A DNA stretch of 64,000 nt from an uncultured Acidobacteriota bacterium (GTDB lineage: Bacteria; Acidobacteriota; UBA6911): assembly GCA_963718845.1 (NCBI GenBank), contig CAVRAD010000013.1, positions 9,893 through 73,892 of the forward strand, read 5' to 3'. This document shows, piece after piece, positions 17,762-28,102 of this stretch; within the stretch, counting starts at the first letter, position 1; the number at the start of each line of letters is the position of its first letter. A program made the position numbers and the translations under genes. The notes beneath the pieces are model-generated. The model ran no database searches, had not been told where the DNA came from, and was given only the letters and a program-made list of their open reading frames with translations.

Positions 17762-18710
17762 CTCGCGCACCTCCCGTTCGATCGCACCAGCCCCCTGCGC
17801 GCCCCAGAGATGCGCGCAGCGAGGCTGCCGCATTCTGAAACTCCGCGCGTTCTCCGGCGCTCAATTCAACGCTGACTATCTGCTCTACCCCTCGGGCGCC
17901 GATGCGAGCGGGGACGTTGACGGCAATTTCGCTCTGGCCATATTCTCCTTCAAGCCGGATGGATACCGGCAGAACAGCTTTTGTGTCGCGCACGATCGCA
18001 TGCACTAGAGCCGCAATGGCGGCGCTGGGCGCATAAAAGGCGGCAGACTGTTGCGACATATAAAGAATCGTGTCATCGGCTTTGCGCACTTCCGCAATGA
18101 TCGAGTCGAATTGCTCCGCGGCCAACAGCGCATCCGCCGGGATCCCGGAAATTCTGACGGTATTTCGCAAGACGACCATATCTGTATGATGGGGCCCGAT
18201 AACCATGCCGGTAACATCGCGAGGAGAAACTCCCAGCGCCGTGCTGACAAGATACCGCAACCGGGTTGAGCTCAGCAGGCCTCCGACTCCCAGAACTCGC
18301 GTGCGGTCAAATCCAAGAAGCCGTTGCGCCAGCAGCGTGGTCATGTCGACAGGTTCTATGACATTGATCACCACAGCTTCGGGAGCCAACTCTCTGATAT
18401 CCGCGCAAATGCGAGGCAAAAGCTGCCCGTTGTCGCCATAGAGATCCTCGCGGCTCTCACCCGGTCTGCGCACTCTTCCCGCAGCAATAACAACCACGTC
18501 GCTGCCGCGAATTGCCCGGATATCATCGGCGCCTCGAATCGCGGTATCGTAGTGCCTGATCGGCCCCGCTTCCGATATATCCAAGGCTTTGCCGGTGGAA
18601 AGACCCTGCTTAACATCCACCAGCAGGACCGATGCCGCGCGGTTTTCCGCAATGAAGAAGGCGCAATTTGCGCCCACGTTGCCGCTTCCGATGACACTGA
18701 CCTGTTTCAT
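17754..18710 (-). CDS. LDH/MDH-family paralogue, divergent active site
   Basis: Starts at ATG 18710. Motifs VSVIGSGNVGAN and RVRRPGESREDL, but LLSSTRLR replaces LDSxR and IGPHHTDM replaces GGHGD. It overlaps the mdh start by 8 nt. Confidence 0.7.
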   Translation of the reverse strand: MKQVSVIGSGNVGANCAFFIAENRAASVLLVDVKQGLSTGKALDISEAGPIRHYDTAIRGADDIRAIRGSDVVVIAAGRVRRPGESREDLYGDNGQLLPRICADIRELAPEAVVINVIEPVDMTTLLAQRLLGFDRTRVLGVGGLLSSTRLRYLVSTALGVSPRDVTGMVIGPHHTDMVVLRNTVRISGIPADALLAAEQFDSIIAEVRKADDTILYMSQQSAAFYAPSAAIAALVHAIVRDTKAVLPVSIRLEGEYGQSEIAVNVPARIGARGVEQIVSVELSAGERAEFQNAAASLRASLGRAGGWCDRTGGARDA

Positions 18711-18764
18711 AGCAACACTACAAAGGAAATTCAAACACGTTGGTGTAAATTCGAGGTATTCCTT

Positions 18765-20021
18765 CTATCTTTTCTCGATCGGCACATAGTGATTTTCCGT
18801 CGGCCCCTGGTATATCTGGCGCGGCCGGTAAATGCGCCCTTCCTTGTCGTCCATAATCTCTTTGTAATTGGCGATCCAGCCCGGCATCCTCCCTATGGCA
18901 AACATCACGGTGAACATGTTGATCGGAATCCCGATGGCCCGCATGATAATTCCGCTGTAGAAGTCGACATTAGGATACAATTTTCGCTCCAGGAAATACG
19001 GATCGCTTAACGCGGCTTCCTCCAGCCGCTTGGCAATATCCAGAAGCGGATCTTTTTTATTGAGCGCGGCAAGCAGCCTGTCGCATTTGGCTTTGATGAT
19101 TTGAGCGCGCGGATCATAGTTTTTATAAACGCGGTGCCCGAACCCCATCAGTTTCTTTCCGGAATTCTTGTCTTTTGCCTGATCTATGAATTTCGAACCG
19201 TTGTCCCCCGATCGATGTATATCTTCAAGCATCTCCAGGACCGCCTGATTCGCCCCTCCGTGCAGGGGGCCCCAGAGAGCGCAGACGCCTGCTGCTGCGC
19301 ACGCAAAGAGGTTTGCTTTGCTGGATGCCACCATCCTCACAGTGGACGTCGAGCAGTTCTGTTCATGGTCCGCATGCAGAAGGAATATTAAATCGAGCGC
19401 CTGAACAACTTCGGGCAAAAGCTCGTAGTCCTGGTAGGGCTCGGAGAACATCATGTGGAGCAGATTCGCCGAATACTTATAAGTGGGTTTGGGATAAATA
19501 ATTGGCAGTCCCAGCGACTTGCGGTAGGAGAATGCTGCGATCGTCCGCACCTGCGACATCAGCCGCGCCACCTGAATGACAAACAATTCATCGCCGGGTT
19601 CGAGCACCTGAGGGACAAAACACCCGGCGGCATTGATCATGGAAGAGAGGATTGCCATCGGATGCGCGTTCGTGGGAAAGCCTTCAAAATGAAACTTCAT
19701 GTCTTCATGGAGCATTTCGTTTTTCGTCAGCAAATGCGAAAAGTTTTTCAATTCCTGGATCGTGGGAAGTTTGCCCCATATCAACAGGTATGCCGCTTCC
19801 ACAAACGTTGATTTTTCCGCCAGTTCTTCAATAGGAATTCCCCGGTAGCGCAGGATTCCTTGCTCGCCATCGATGAAGGTGACTTTGCTCTGGCACGAAC
19901 CTGTATTCCCATAGCCGTCATCGAGGGTTATGTAGCCGGTCTTGTTGCGCAGCGCGGAAATGTCGACTCGCATGCTCACCTTCGGATCCCACCACTTCCG
20001 GCAATTCATATTGCTTTCCAT
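18765..20021 (-). CDS. gltA: Citrate synthase
   Basis: Starts at ATG 20021. Motifs [14 protein letters not shown] and [14 protein letters not shown]. 418 aa. Confidence 0.9.
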   Translation of the reverse strand: MESNMNCRKWWDPKVSMRVDISALRNKTGYITLDDGYGNTGSCQSKVTFIDGEQGILRYRGIPIEELAEKSTFVEAAYLLIWGKLPTIQELKNFSHLLTKNEMLHEDMKFHFEGFPTNAHPMAILSSMINAAGCFVPQVLEPGDELFVIQVARLMSQVRTIAAFSYRKSLGLPIIYPKPTYKYSANLLHMMFSEPYQDYELLPEVVQALDLIFLLHADHEQNCSTSTVRMVASSKANLFACAAAGVCALWGPLHGGANQAVLEMLEDIHRSGDNGSKFIDQAKDKNSGKKLMGFGHRVYKNYDPRAQIIKAKCDRLLAALNKKDPLLDIAKRLEEAALSDPYFLERKLYPNVDFYSGIIMRAIGIPINMFTVMFAIGRMPGWIANYKEIMDDKEGRIYRPRQIYQGPTENHYVPIEKR

Positions 20022-20255
20022 TCAGTTCAATGTTGGCCATGTTGGTTCGATGCCTCCATTTTTTCGTAGTACCTAGTCCCTTTTTAAAACATACCATAAT
20101 GGCTGCGCGGATGAAGCAAAAGTAGAGGCCTGTTCCTCGTTGCGGGGCATCCCGGTGCTTTTCTTGACCGAACTCGTGAAATGAGTATAGTTAAACTGTA
20201 GTCCGCTTACGCTGCAGGGGACAAATTCAGTTTCAGTGGCTCGAAATGGTTTGCC

Positions 20256-20326
20256 GGTCAGGGCTTCAGACACTGTCTCTCCACTAAACTATATTTAGTG
20301 GAGAGACAGTGTCCGAAGCCCTGACC
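20256..20326. repeat. Long near-perfect inverted repeat (33-nt arms, 1 mismatch, ~5-nt centre)
   Basis: ggtcagggcttcagacactgtctctccactaaa / tttagtggagagacagtgtccgaagccctgacc, in the divergent gltA-pckG intergenic region. Confidence 0.85.
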
Positions 20327-20458
20327 AGCAGGGTGTAGTTGCTTTTGGATTCATAGTATCGGCTATTGCCGCCGCGGCAAGTTTGATGCTGTTCGAACAA
20401 TACCGCAGGGCGAGGCAAAACTTGCATTATTCATTCTTCCATATCGAGGATTATTTCA

Positions 20459-22270
20459 ATGACAGTTCCAACCGATAACGCCAAGCTTCTGTCTTGGGTT
20501 GACGAAATCGCCACAATGACCGAACCGGATTCCATCGTCTGGTGTAACGGGACCAAGGCCGAATACGACTCACTCATCAGGACTGCGCTGCAGGAAGGCC
20601 TGGCAACGCCCCTTCCCAATCGTCCGAACTCTTTCCTGTTCCGATCCGACGCCTCCGACGTGGCTCGCGTGGAGAATCGCACCTACATCGCATCCAGATC
20701 CAAAGAGGATGCCGGTCCGACCAACAACTGGATCGAGCCCCTTGAACTAAAAGAAACTCTGAAAAAGCTCTACACGGGATCCATGAGAGGCCGCACGATG
20801 TACGTGATCCCTTTTTCCATGGGACCCGTGGGATCTCACATCGCCAAGATCGGCGTTCAGATTACGGACTCCGAATATGTCGTCATCAATATGCATATCA
20901 TGACGCGCGTCGGCATCCGGGTACTTAAGGTTCTCGGAGAAAACGGCGAGTTTGTTCCCTGCCTGCATTCGGTTGGCAAACCGCTGCGCTCTTGCCAGGA
21001 CGACGCCGGCCAATGGCCCTGCGCGCCACTGGACAAGAAATATATCGCGCACTTTCCCGAAGAGAAAGCCATCTGGTCGTACGGTTCCGGTTATGGAGGG
21101 AATGCCCTGCTCGGCAAAAAATGCCTCGCACTGCGCATTGCATCCGTTATAGCCAGAGACGAAGGCTGGATGGCGGAACACATGCTGATCCTCAAACTCA
21201 CAAATCCGGAAGGCAAAGTAAAATACGTCGCGGCCGCATTCCCTTCCGCATGCGGCAAAACAAACCTGGCCATGCTGGTCCCGACTATTCCGGGGTGGAA
21301 AGTCGAAACCATCGGGGACGATATTGCGTGGATGAAGCCCGGCAAGAATGGCAGGCTTTACGCAATCAATCCCGAGGCGGGTTTCTTTGGGGTTGCTCCC
21401 GGGACTTCCTTGGGTTCGAATCCGAACGCCATGCGCTCGATCGAGCGCAATTCCATCTTCACGAATGTTGCGCTGACCGAAGACAACGATGTCTGGTGGG
21501 AAGGAATCGGATACGAAGCTCCGGGCAAACTTATCGACTGGAAAGGCAAGCCCTGGATTGCGGACAAGACGAAGAAGGAACAGCCCCCTGCAGCCCACCC
21601 TAACGCGCGTTTTACCGCACCTGCAGCGCAATGCCCGGCCATCGCTCCCGAATGGGAAGATCCGGCGGGGGTTCCCATCGACGCTTTTCTGTTCGGCGGC
21701 CGCCGTCCCTCCACGATCCCTCTTGTGACGCAAGCTTTCGACTGGAATCACGGCGTGTTCATGGGATCTATCGTGGGCAGCGAAGTGACCGCTGCGGCTC
21801 TGGACCTCAAGGCCGGGTCTGTGCGCCGGGATCCGTTTGCAATGCTGCCATTCTGCGGCTATCACATGGGAGACTATTTCGGACATTGGATCAGGATGGG
21901 CGAAAAGACTCCAGTCGCATCACAACCCAAATTTTTCTTCGTCAACTGGTTCCAAAAAACCAAAGAAGGAAAGTGGCTCTGGCCAGGGTATGGGGAGAAC
22001 AGCCGAGTGCTTCAATGGGTATTCGAGCGATGCGACGGCCGTGGAGCGTCTGTTGAAACACCTATCGGCTGGGTGCCCGCGGCCGATGCTATCGCCCCGC
22101 CTGCCGGCGTCACGGCCGAAGATATGCGCGAACTGCTCAAAGTGGACATTGACGGCTGGAAGGCCGAGATCGCCGACGTCAGATCGGCCCACTACCCCAA
22201 ATTCGGCGCGAGAATGCCGAAGGAACTCATAGAACAGCTGGAGGCGATCAGTAAACGTTTGGAGGATTGA
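20459..22270 (+). CDS. pckG: Phosphoenolpyruvate carboxykinase (GTP)
   Basis: ATG 20459 follows GAGGA. 603 aa. Motifs [29 protein letters not shown] and [11 protein letters not shown]. Confidence 0.92.
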   Translation: MTVPTDNAKLLSWVDEIATMTEPDSIVWCNGTKAEYDSLIRTALQEGLATPLPNRPNSFLFRSDASDVARVENRTYIASRSKEDAGPTNNWIEPLELKETLKKLYTGSMRGRTMYVIPFSMGPVGSHIAKIGVQITDSEYVVINMHIMTRVGIRVLKVLGENGEFVPCLHSVGKPLRSCQDDAGQWPCAPLDKKYIAHFPEEKAIWSYGSGYGGNALLGKKCLALRIASVIARDEGWMAEHMLILKLTNPEGKVKYVAAAFPSACGKTNLAMLVPTIPGWKVETIGDDIAWMKPGKNGRLYAINPEAGFFGVAPGTSLGSNPNAMRSIERNSIFTNVALTEDNDVWWEGIGYEAPGKLIDWKGKPWIADKTKKEQPPAAHPNARFTAPAAQCPAIAPEWEDPAGVPIDAFLFGGRRPSTIPLVTQAFDWNHGVFMGSIVGSEVTAAALDLKAGSVRRDPFAMLPFCGYHMGDYFGHWIRMGEKTPVASQPKFFFVNWFQKTKEGKWLWPGYGENSRVLQWVFERCDGRGASVETPIGWVPAADAIAPPAGVTAEDMRELLKVDIDGWKAEIADVRSAHYPKFGARMPKELIEQLEAISKRLED

Positions 22271-22326
22271 CAGCATCGAAAGCCCAAGGGAGACCCCTTG
22301 GGCTTTATTCCCAAGGAGAGAATACT

Positions 22327-23625
22327 ATGAGCCCCTATAATCCCCTTGCTGAAGCTTTGAATGCAGACCTTCAGTCTGGAGCTCCGCAAGTCTTCACGAT
22401 GCTTTCTGCGCGCGGCAAAGCCATTTATTTTCCCTCCAAGGGAATTCTGGGCCAGACAGCCGAAGCGAAGACAGCGAAGATCAACGCAACGATAGGCACA
22501 GCCTTTGAAAATGACGGGTCGCCGCTCACGCTCGAGTGCATGGAAGCCCTCGTCAATATACCTTCAGACTCCTTCCTCTATGCGCCCAGCTTCGGGCTGC
22601 CCAAACTGAGAGAAGAATGGGGAAAGCTGCTGACAATTAAAAACCCGGGACTCAAGGGCAAGACGTTCAGCCAACCCGTGGTAACGGCAGCGCTCACCCA
22701 TGCGCTCTCGATCGCCGGTTATATGTTCCTCGATCCGAGCGATGAAGTTATTATTCCCAACCTCTATTGGGACAACTACGAACTGGTGTTCACCGAAGCC
22801 TTCGGAGCAAAACTCTCTTTCTATAATACGTTTGTAAACGGCGGCTTCGACATAGAGGCTTTTTCAAAGGCGCTCAATTCAGGCAAAGTCGGAAAGAAAT
22901 TCGTGCTCTTGAATTTCCCGAATAATCCTACCGGCTATACACCCACCGAAGCCGAAGCCAACGCCCTGACAGCCGAAATCCGGAAGGCTGCCGAAGCGGG
23001 CAACCAGGTTGTGGTTGTGCTTGATGATGCCTACTTCGGGCTTGTGTACGAAGAGGGCATTGCACGGGAATCTCTCTTTGGCTCGCTGGTGGATTTGCAT
23101 CCCAACGTCCTGGGAGTGAAGCTCGACGGCGCCACCAAGGAAGACTACGTGTGGGGATTCCGCGTGGGCTTTATCACTTTCGGATTTAAAGGTGCCAATG
23201 CCGCCCAGCTCAAAGCTTTGGAAAACAAAGCCGCTGGCGTCGTGCGCGGCAATATTTCCAATGCCCCATGCGTTTCCCAGTCCATGCTGTTGAAGGCCTA
23301 TACCGCTCCGGAATACGCGGCGCAAAAGAAGCAGAAATATGAAATTCTTGCGGAGCGTGTTGCGAAGATCCGCGAGACTCTCAAAGCGCATCCGGAATAT
23401 GCGAAGAGTTTCGAAGTAATGCCGTTCAACTCGGGCTACTTCATGTGCATAAAGCCCATCGGAGTCGATTGCGAGGCGCTGCGCAAGGAGCTGATTGCGA
23501 ATTACAGCACAGGAGTGATTGTGCTCGTCGGTTTGATCCGGCTGGCCTTCTCGGCAGTGCCTACCGGTTTGGTCGAGACCCTGTTCGCCAACCTGCACGC
23601 CGCAATCCAAAAGCTTCGCGGGTGA
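22327..23625 (+). CDS. Class I/II PLP-dependent aminotransferase
   Basis: ATG 22327 follows AAGGAGAG. Motifs LNFPNNPTGYTPT and GATKEDYVWGFRVGF (PLP-lysine region). Confidence 0.8.
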   Translation: MSPYNPLAEALNADLQSGAPQVFTMLSARGKAIYFPSKGILGQTAEAKTAKINATIGTAFENDGSPLTLECMEALVNIPSDSFLYAPSFGLPKLREEWGKLLTIKNPGLKGKTFSQPVVTAALTHALSIAGYMFLDPSDEVIIPNLYWDNYELVFTEAFGAKLSFYNTFVNGGFDIEAFSKALNSGKVGKKFVLLNFPNNPTGYTPTEAEANALTAEIRKAAEAGNQVVVVLDDAYFGLVYEEGIARESLFGSLVDLHPNVLGVKLDGATKEDYVWGFRVGFITFGFKGANAAQLKALENKAAGVVRGNISNAPCVSQSMLLKAYTAPEYAAQKKQKYEILAERVAKIRETLKAHPEYAKSFEVMPFNSGYFMCIKPIGVDCEALRKELIANYSTGVIVLVGLIRLAFSAVPTGLVETLFANLHAAIQKLRG

Positions 23626-23662
23626 CCCGGCGATTGCGGCTGCGCCCTTTACGGAGCTGCCA

Positions 23663-24904
23663 GTGAATGCTCGCAAGACAAGTCTGAGAGGGTTGCCCCG
23701 CAATCTCTGGGTCGTAACGGCTACTTCTTTTCTGACCGACATTTCCTCGGAAATGATCTTCAACCTCATACCGCTGTTTCTGGCCAACGTGCTCAAAGCC
23801 GGGACTGCGACAATCGGCCTGATTGACGGCTTGGCCGAAACCACTGCAAGCTTGATGAAGATCTACTCCGGCGCTCTCTCCGACAGACTGGGAACGCGCA
23901 AATGGATCACGGTCGTCGGCTACGCTCTCTCCGCATGCGCTAAACCATTTCTATATTTTGCCGATGCCTGGAGCTTGGTTCTGGCGGTTCGGGTATCCGA
24001 CCGACTGGGAAAAGGCATCCGTACCGCACCACGGGACGCATTAGTCGCCGACAGCATCGACGAAGAACGCCGTGGGCTCGCATTCGGCTTGCATCGTGCC
24101 GGAGATACGGCAGGAGCGTTTATCGGGGTCCTGACCGCCGCGGTCATTGTCTGGATGACCGATCGCAGCGCTTCCGAACTATCTCGTCGAACATTCCAGA
24201 TCGCGGTCCTGATCAGCATCCTTCCCGCACTATTGGCCGTCCTTATCCTTGCCTTTGGCGCTAAGGATACCGGCATCCGCAGCAAATCGAAAACGCCCAT
24301 GCTGAGCATGAAAGGAATGGAAAAGCGATTTAAGCTTTTCATGCTCGTGCTGGGTCTTTTCGCCCTGGGCAATTCATCGGATGCATTCATCATTCTGCTG
24401 GGCCAGAATCGCGGACTGAGCGTAATGCAAATCATGCTCATGCTGATGACTTTCAACTTCGTCTATTCTGTCCTGGCCGGTCCTTTGGGAGCACTCTCAG
24501 ACAGAATAGGGCGTCGACGCCTGATTCTTTGCGGCTGGATTGCCTACGGACTGGTCTATTTAGGTTTTGCCATTTCGAAGACCGGGTGGCAGGTCTGGTC
24601 GCTGTTCGCCCTGTATGGGATGTATTATGCTGCCACCGAAGGCTCTGCTAAGGCGTTCGTTGCCGACCTGGTGGCACCCGATCAACGGGGCAAAGCATAC
24701 GGCATATGCAATGCTGTCATCGGCCTGGCAGCTTTCCCGGCTTCGGTCATTGGGGGATTGCTCTGGCAGGGAGCCTTTGGATGGAGCGGCTTCGGTCCGT
24801 CGGCGCCCTTTTTGCTCGGTGCCGGATTGGCCGTACTGGCAGGAATCCTGTTCTGGAAAATAGTGCCCGCACAGAATCAAAGCCCTGATTCCCCGATGAG
24901 CTAA
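23663..24904 (+). CDS. MFS transporter
   Basis: GTG start. About 12 hydrophobic helices and the MFS loop motif SDRLGTRK. Confidence 0.8.
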   Translation: MNARKTSLRGLPRNLWVVTATSFLTDISSEMIFNLIPLFLANVLKAGTATIGLIDGLAETTASLMKIYSGALSDRLGTRKWITVVGYALSACAKPFLYFADAWSLVLAVRVSDRLGKGIRTAPRDALVADSIDEERRGLAFGLHRAGDTAGAFIGVLTAAVIVWMTDRSASELSRRTFQIAVLISILPALLAVLILAFGAKDTGIRSKSKTPMLSMKGMEKRFKLFMLVLGLFALGNSSDAFIILLGQNRGLSVMQIMLMLMTFNFVYSVLAGPLGALSDRIGRRRLILCGWIAYGLVYLGFAISKTGWQVWSLFALYGMYYAATEGSAKAFVADLVAPDQRGKAYGICNAVIGLAAFPASVIGGLLWQGAFGWSGFGPSAPFLLGAGLAVLAGILFWKIVPAQNQSPDSPMS

Positions 24905-24919
24905 ACCCGGAACAGGTTA

Positions 24920-25456
24920 TTATTTCTTCCGATCGATACCGAAATCATAGGCGGGCACAGCATTGCCCAGCACCAGAAGATATTCGCCGGGGGGCAATTC
25001 CTTCTCAGGCAAAACAGAAAAAAAGCCATCCGGAGATTCCTGAAGGATCAATTTAAAAACATCCTCTCTTCTGAAGCCCCCCTTGTTTGCCGTGGTGACG
25101 TTCGAGAAAGAAGTCTTAACAAGGCGCTGGTCTCTCTTTTTCGTCAGCCTGACGAGCATCGCATCCTTTGCGGAACCGATCGCGCGAACATACAGCACAG
25201 GCTTCGGCGCGAGTATCCGGATTAAAGCCCGGGATCCTGGACACACGACATTAAGGTCAAGGTCTGTGTAGCCTTCGGTATACACAAATAACTGCAAGCC
25301 CTTGGCATTCGCATCCGAGGTGACGACGGGCTGGAGGGGGACCCAGGCGGATTCGTCCTGGAGATAATAGACACCGGGAGCCTCAGGCACATCCGGCGCG
25401 CGCACGGCATCGCCAGCCTGGACAAGAAACAGAAACAATAGACCGAGCACTGTCAT
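24920..25456 (-). CDS. Hypothetical exported protein
   Basis: ATG 25456 gives signal-like MTVLGLLFLFLVQAGDA. I recognise no family. Confidence 0.4.
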   Translation of the reverse strand: MTVLGLLFLFLVQAGDAVRAPDVPEAPGVYYLQDESAWVPLQPVVTSDANAKGLQLFVYTEGYTDLDLNVVCPGSRALIRILAPKPVLYVRAIGSAKDAMLVRLTKKRDQRLVKTSFSNVTTANKGGFRREDVFKLILQESPDGFFSVLPEKELPPGEYLLVLGNAVPAYDFGIDRKK

Positions 25457-25621
25457 GGAAGAATCGTACCACGCGGATTTCAGATTCCTGATTCCTGATT
25501 TTACGGATCCGGCAAACTTCTGGTATATTGTGGGCGCAAGCTCTGAAAGAAACATTCGTCTTATCACCATGGCAGCCAAGGAGTCGCCCACCGTCTTATG
25601 GCAGGCAATCAAAATGTAGTT

Positions 25622-27289
25622 ATGTATAGCGACTGCTTTAAATTAAGCGAACCGCCATTTTCGCTGACGCCGGATCCGCGCTTTCTGTTTATGAGTGAGC
25701 GGCACCGGGAGGGCTTGGCTCATCTATTCTACGGCGTCCAACAACCCGGAGGTTTTGTTCAATTAACAGGCGACATTGGATCCGGCAAAACGACTCTCTG
25801 CCGGTGTCTGATCAAGCAGCTTCCGCCCGGAACCGACATCGCGTTGATCCTGAATCCCCGTCTGACGGTCATCGAGCTACTGGCCACCGTCTGCGACGAA
25901 CTGGGTATTTCCTACCCGGTGGAAGCCGCGAGCAACAAGGTCCTGATCGACGCGCTGAATCAACGATTGCTGGAATCGCACGCCAAGAGCAGGCGGACTG
26001 TTCTTATCATCGACGAAGCACAAAACCTGAACGAGGATGTGCTGGAGCAGATCCGGCTATTGACGAATCTTGAAACGTCCAAGGAAAAGCTGCTCCAGAT
26101 AATTCTGATCGGGCAACCGGAGCTGCTCTCGCTTCTCAAGCGAAAGAACCTTCGGCAGCTCGCGCAGCGCATCACGGCGCGATACCACCTGCTCTCCCTG
26201 TCCAGGAGCGAGACGTATGCCTATATCCAGCACCGTTTGTTGGTCGCAGGCAGGAAAGACCCTCTTTTCACCCGGTGGGCGATGCATTGCGTCTATCGTC
26301 GCTCCCGGGGGATACCTCGCGTTATCAACATCATTTGCGACCGGGCCTTGCTCGGGGCCTATGCACTGGATGCCCAGCGCGTCAGCGCCGGCATCGTGCG
26401 CAAAGCCGGCCGGGAAACGAAAGGATCAATTTCTTGGCTCAGGAGGGTTCGCTTTGCCTGGGTTGCCGGAGCCTTGGCGCTCATGGCATTGATCGTGGCG
26501 GCCGCGATATATTTTGCGCCTGTAAGTCTATCCGAACTCCGCCAGAAGACAGCAGATTTTGGGAAACAGGGCAATCCACAATCCGCCAACCAATCCGAAC
26601 AGGCTCCCGCAATACCGGGGGAATATGCCGCCGGCTCTCCAGTCACGGATCGCCGCAAGGCCCGGCTCGATGTGCTTCTGGCCGGAGCTCCTGCGAGCGG
26701 CAAAAGCGGTTTCAGCTACGCCAACCTATATGACCGATGGGGACTCAAGCTCGCTGCCAATGAATCCAATACCGGTTGCAGCGCCGCCCGCGCCCGGGGA
26801 TATGATTGCCTGCAGCAGACAGGAAATTGGCTCAAGCTGCGCCGATATGATTTGCCGGCTGTTCTAGAGATTGTGCTGCCCAGCGGGAAGCGGCGCCAGA
26901 CAACGGTCGTCGAGCTAAAAAATGAAACGGCAACTCTTGCCATCAACAATCGGGAATACACATTCGCTCTGTCTGAAATCAACGGAGTGTGGGACGGATC
27001 CTTCACTGTTCTGTGGAAACCCCCTTTTCCCTTGCGCCCGCTTTCGATCGGCGACAGCGGAAAAGAAGTGCTTTGGATCCGGCATGCACTCGACACGATG
27101 GAAGGGAAAGCACAAAATCCGGCTGATTCGGAATTGTTCGACGAAGACCTCAGGCAGCGCATCCTGGCATTTCAGCGCAGCCAATCCCTAATTCAGGACG
27201 GACTGGTAGGCAGCGAGACGCTTGTGCGGATGACCGTTGCCCTTCAGGGAGTGAACGCTCCATCCCTATCTCGTCGCGCTCGACACTAG
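25622..27289 (+). CDS. ExeA/GspA-family AAA ATPase with C-terminal peptidoglycan-binding domain
   Basis: Starts at ATG 25622. Motifs FSLTPDPRFLF, Walker A GDIGSGKTT and LIIDEAQNL, a TM segment, and a C-terminal PG-binding-like LRQRILAFQRSQSLIQDGLVGSETL. Confidence 0.8.
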   Translation: MYSDCFKLSEPPFSLTPDPRFLFMSERHREGLAHLFYGVQQPGGFVQLTGDIGSGKTTLCRCLIKQLPPGTDIALILNPRLTVIELLATVCDELGISYPVEAASNKVLIDALNQRLLESHAKSRRTVLIIDEAQNLNEDVLEQIRLLTNLETSKEKLLQIILIGQPELLSLLKRKNLRQLAQRITARYHLLSLSRSETYAYIQHRLLVAGRKDPLFTRWAMHCVYRRSRGIPRVINIICDRALLGAYALDAQRVSAGIVRKAGRETKGSISWLRRVRFAWVAGALALMALIVAAAIYFAPVSLSELRQKTADFGKQGNPQSANQSEQAPAIPGEYAAGSPVTDRRKARLDVLLAGAPASGKSGFSYANLYDRWGLKLAANESNTGCSAARARGYDCLQQTGNWLKLRRYDLPAVLEIVLPSGKRRQTTVVELKNETATLAINNREYTFALSEINGVWDGSFTVLWKPPFPLRPLSIGDSGKEVLWIRHALDTMEGKAQNPADSELFDEDLRQRILAFQRSQSLIQDGLVGSETLVRMTVALQGVNAPSLSRRARH

Positions 27290-27302
27290 AGAGGAAGATG
27301 CT

Positions 27303-28082
27303 ATGTCGTATATCCTCGACGCATTGAAAAAAGCCGAACGGGAACGGGATATCAAGCAGGTGCCGACCCTCATGGCCGCGCATCTGCCCGGGATCAAGCA
27401 CTCGAAGCGGCCCTGGGTCATTCTCGGAGCGCTGGCGATTTGTGCGGGCGCGGCGATCTGGCTCCTGCTGCTTTTGCAGAAAACGATGAATGCGCCGGAG
27501 CCCTCTCGAACGGCCGGCGAATACAGTCCGACCCCGAAGGAACTTGAATTATCGCCGTCCGGAGCAACAGCCTCTTCGGCAATGCCGGCCAAACCGGAAA
27601 TCCCAACTGAAAAAGCAGCCGGACCGGAGACAGTTGCTCCGCGCCCGATTGTCCCGACCGGTCCCCGTAATTCCCCTGCCGCAAATGCCATCGATAGCGA
27701 ACGCCTCCAGCAGATGGCCGAATGGATGGCTGCGGCAGCCCGGCGGGGAGAGGATGATTCTGAAGATAGCCCTCCGCCTGAAATGATGGATAGAATGCAG
27801 CCACGCGTTCGCACACCCGGACGCACGACGAAAGCAGAAATGCCCGCTGCTGAAGAACCCAAGGACAAGCCTGCAACCTTGAAGGAAGTTTTAAATGAAA
27901 TGACCCTGAGTATTCTGCTGTATGATGAAGACAAAGCAGGAAGAATGGTTTTCATCAACGGCAGAAAATATGTTGAAGGGGATCTTGTCGAAAGTGCCTA
28001 CCTTCTGGAAAACATCACCTTGGAGGGTGCCGTCCTTAGCTATCGGGGAGAGCGCGCACTGCTGCGGCCAAAAGCAAAATAA
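27303..28082 (+). CDS. gspB: GspB-like general secretion pathway protein B
   Basis: Hallmark N-terminus MSYILDALKKAERER, one TM helix, and C-terminal FINGRKYVEGD. It immediately follows the exeA-like gene. Confidence 0.7.
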   Translation: MSYILDALKKAERERDIKQVPTLMAAHLPGIKHSKRPWVILGALAICAGAAIWLLLLLQKTMNAPEPSRTAGEYSPTPKELELSPSGATASSAMPAKPEIPTEKAAGPETVAPRPIVPTGPRNSPAANAIDSERLQQMAEWMAAAARRGEDDSEDSPPPEMMDRMQPRVRTPGRTTKAEMPAAEEPKDKPATLKEVLNEMTLSILLYDEDKAGRMVFINGRKYVEGDLVESAYLLENITLEGAVLSYRGERALLRPKAK

Positions 28083-28102
28083 CAAATCTACCGAGGATAT
28101 GT

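Noticed and set aside
20073-20273. A 66-aa minus-strand ORF in the gltA-pckG intergenic region.
   Set aside because: It overlaps the left arm of the long palindrome and has no RBS or recognisable sequence, so it is probably non-coding.
20747-21886. A 379-aa minus-strand ORF inside pckG.
   Set aside because: It is antisense to a highly conserved PEPCK gene, with low-complexity composition and no independent support.
25622-28082. ExeA/GspA plus GspB, considered as marking a type II secretion locus.
   Set aside because: No gspC-M, secretin or pilin-like genes are present in the window. Only the accessory pair is called.
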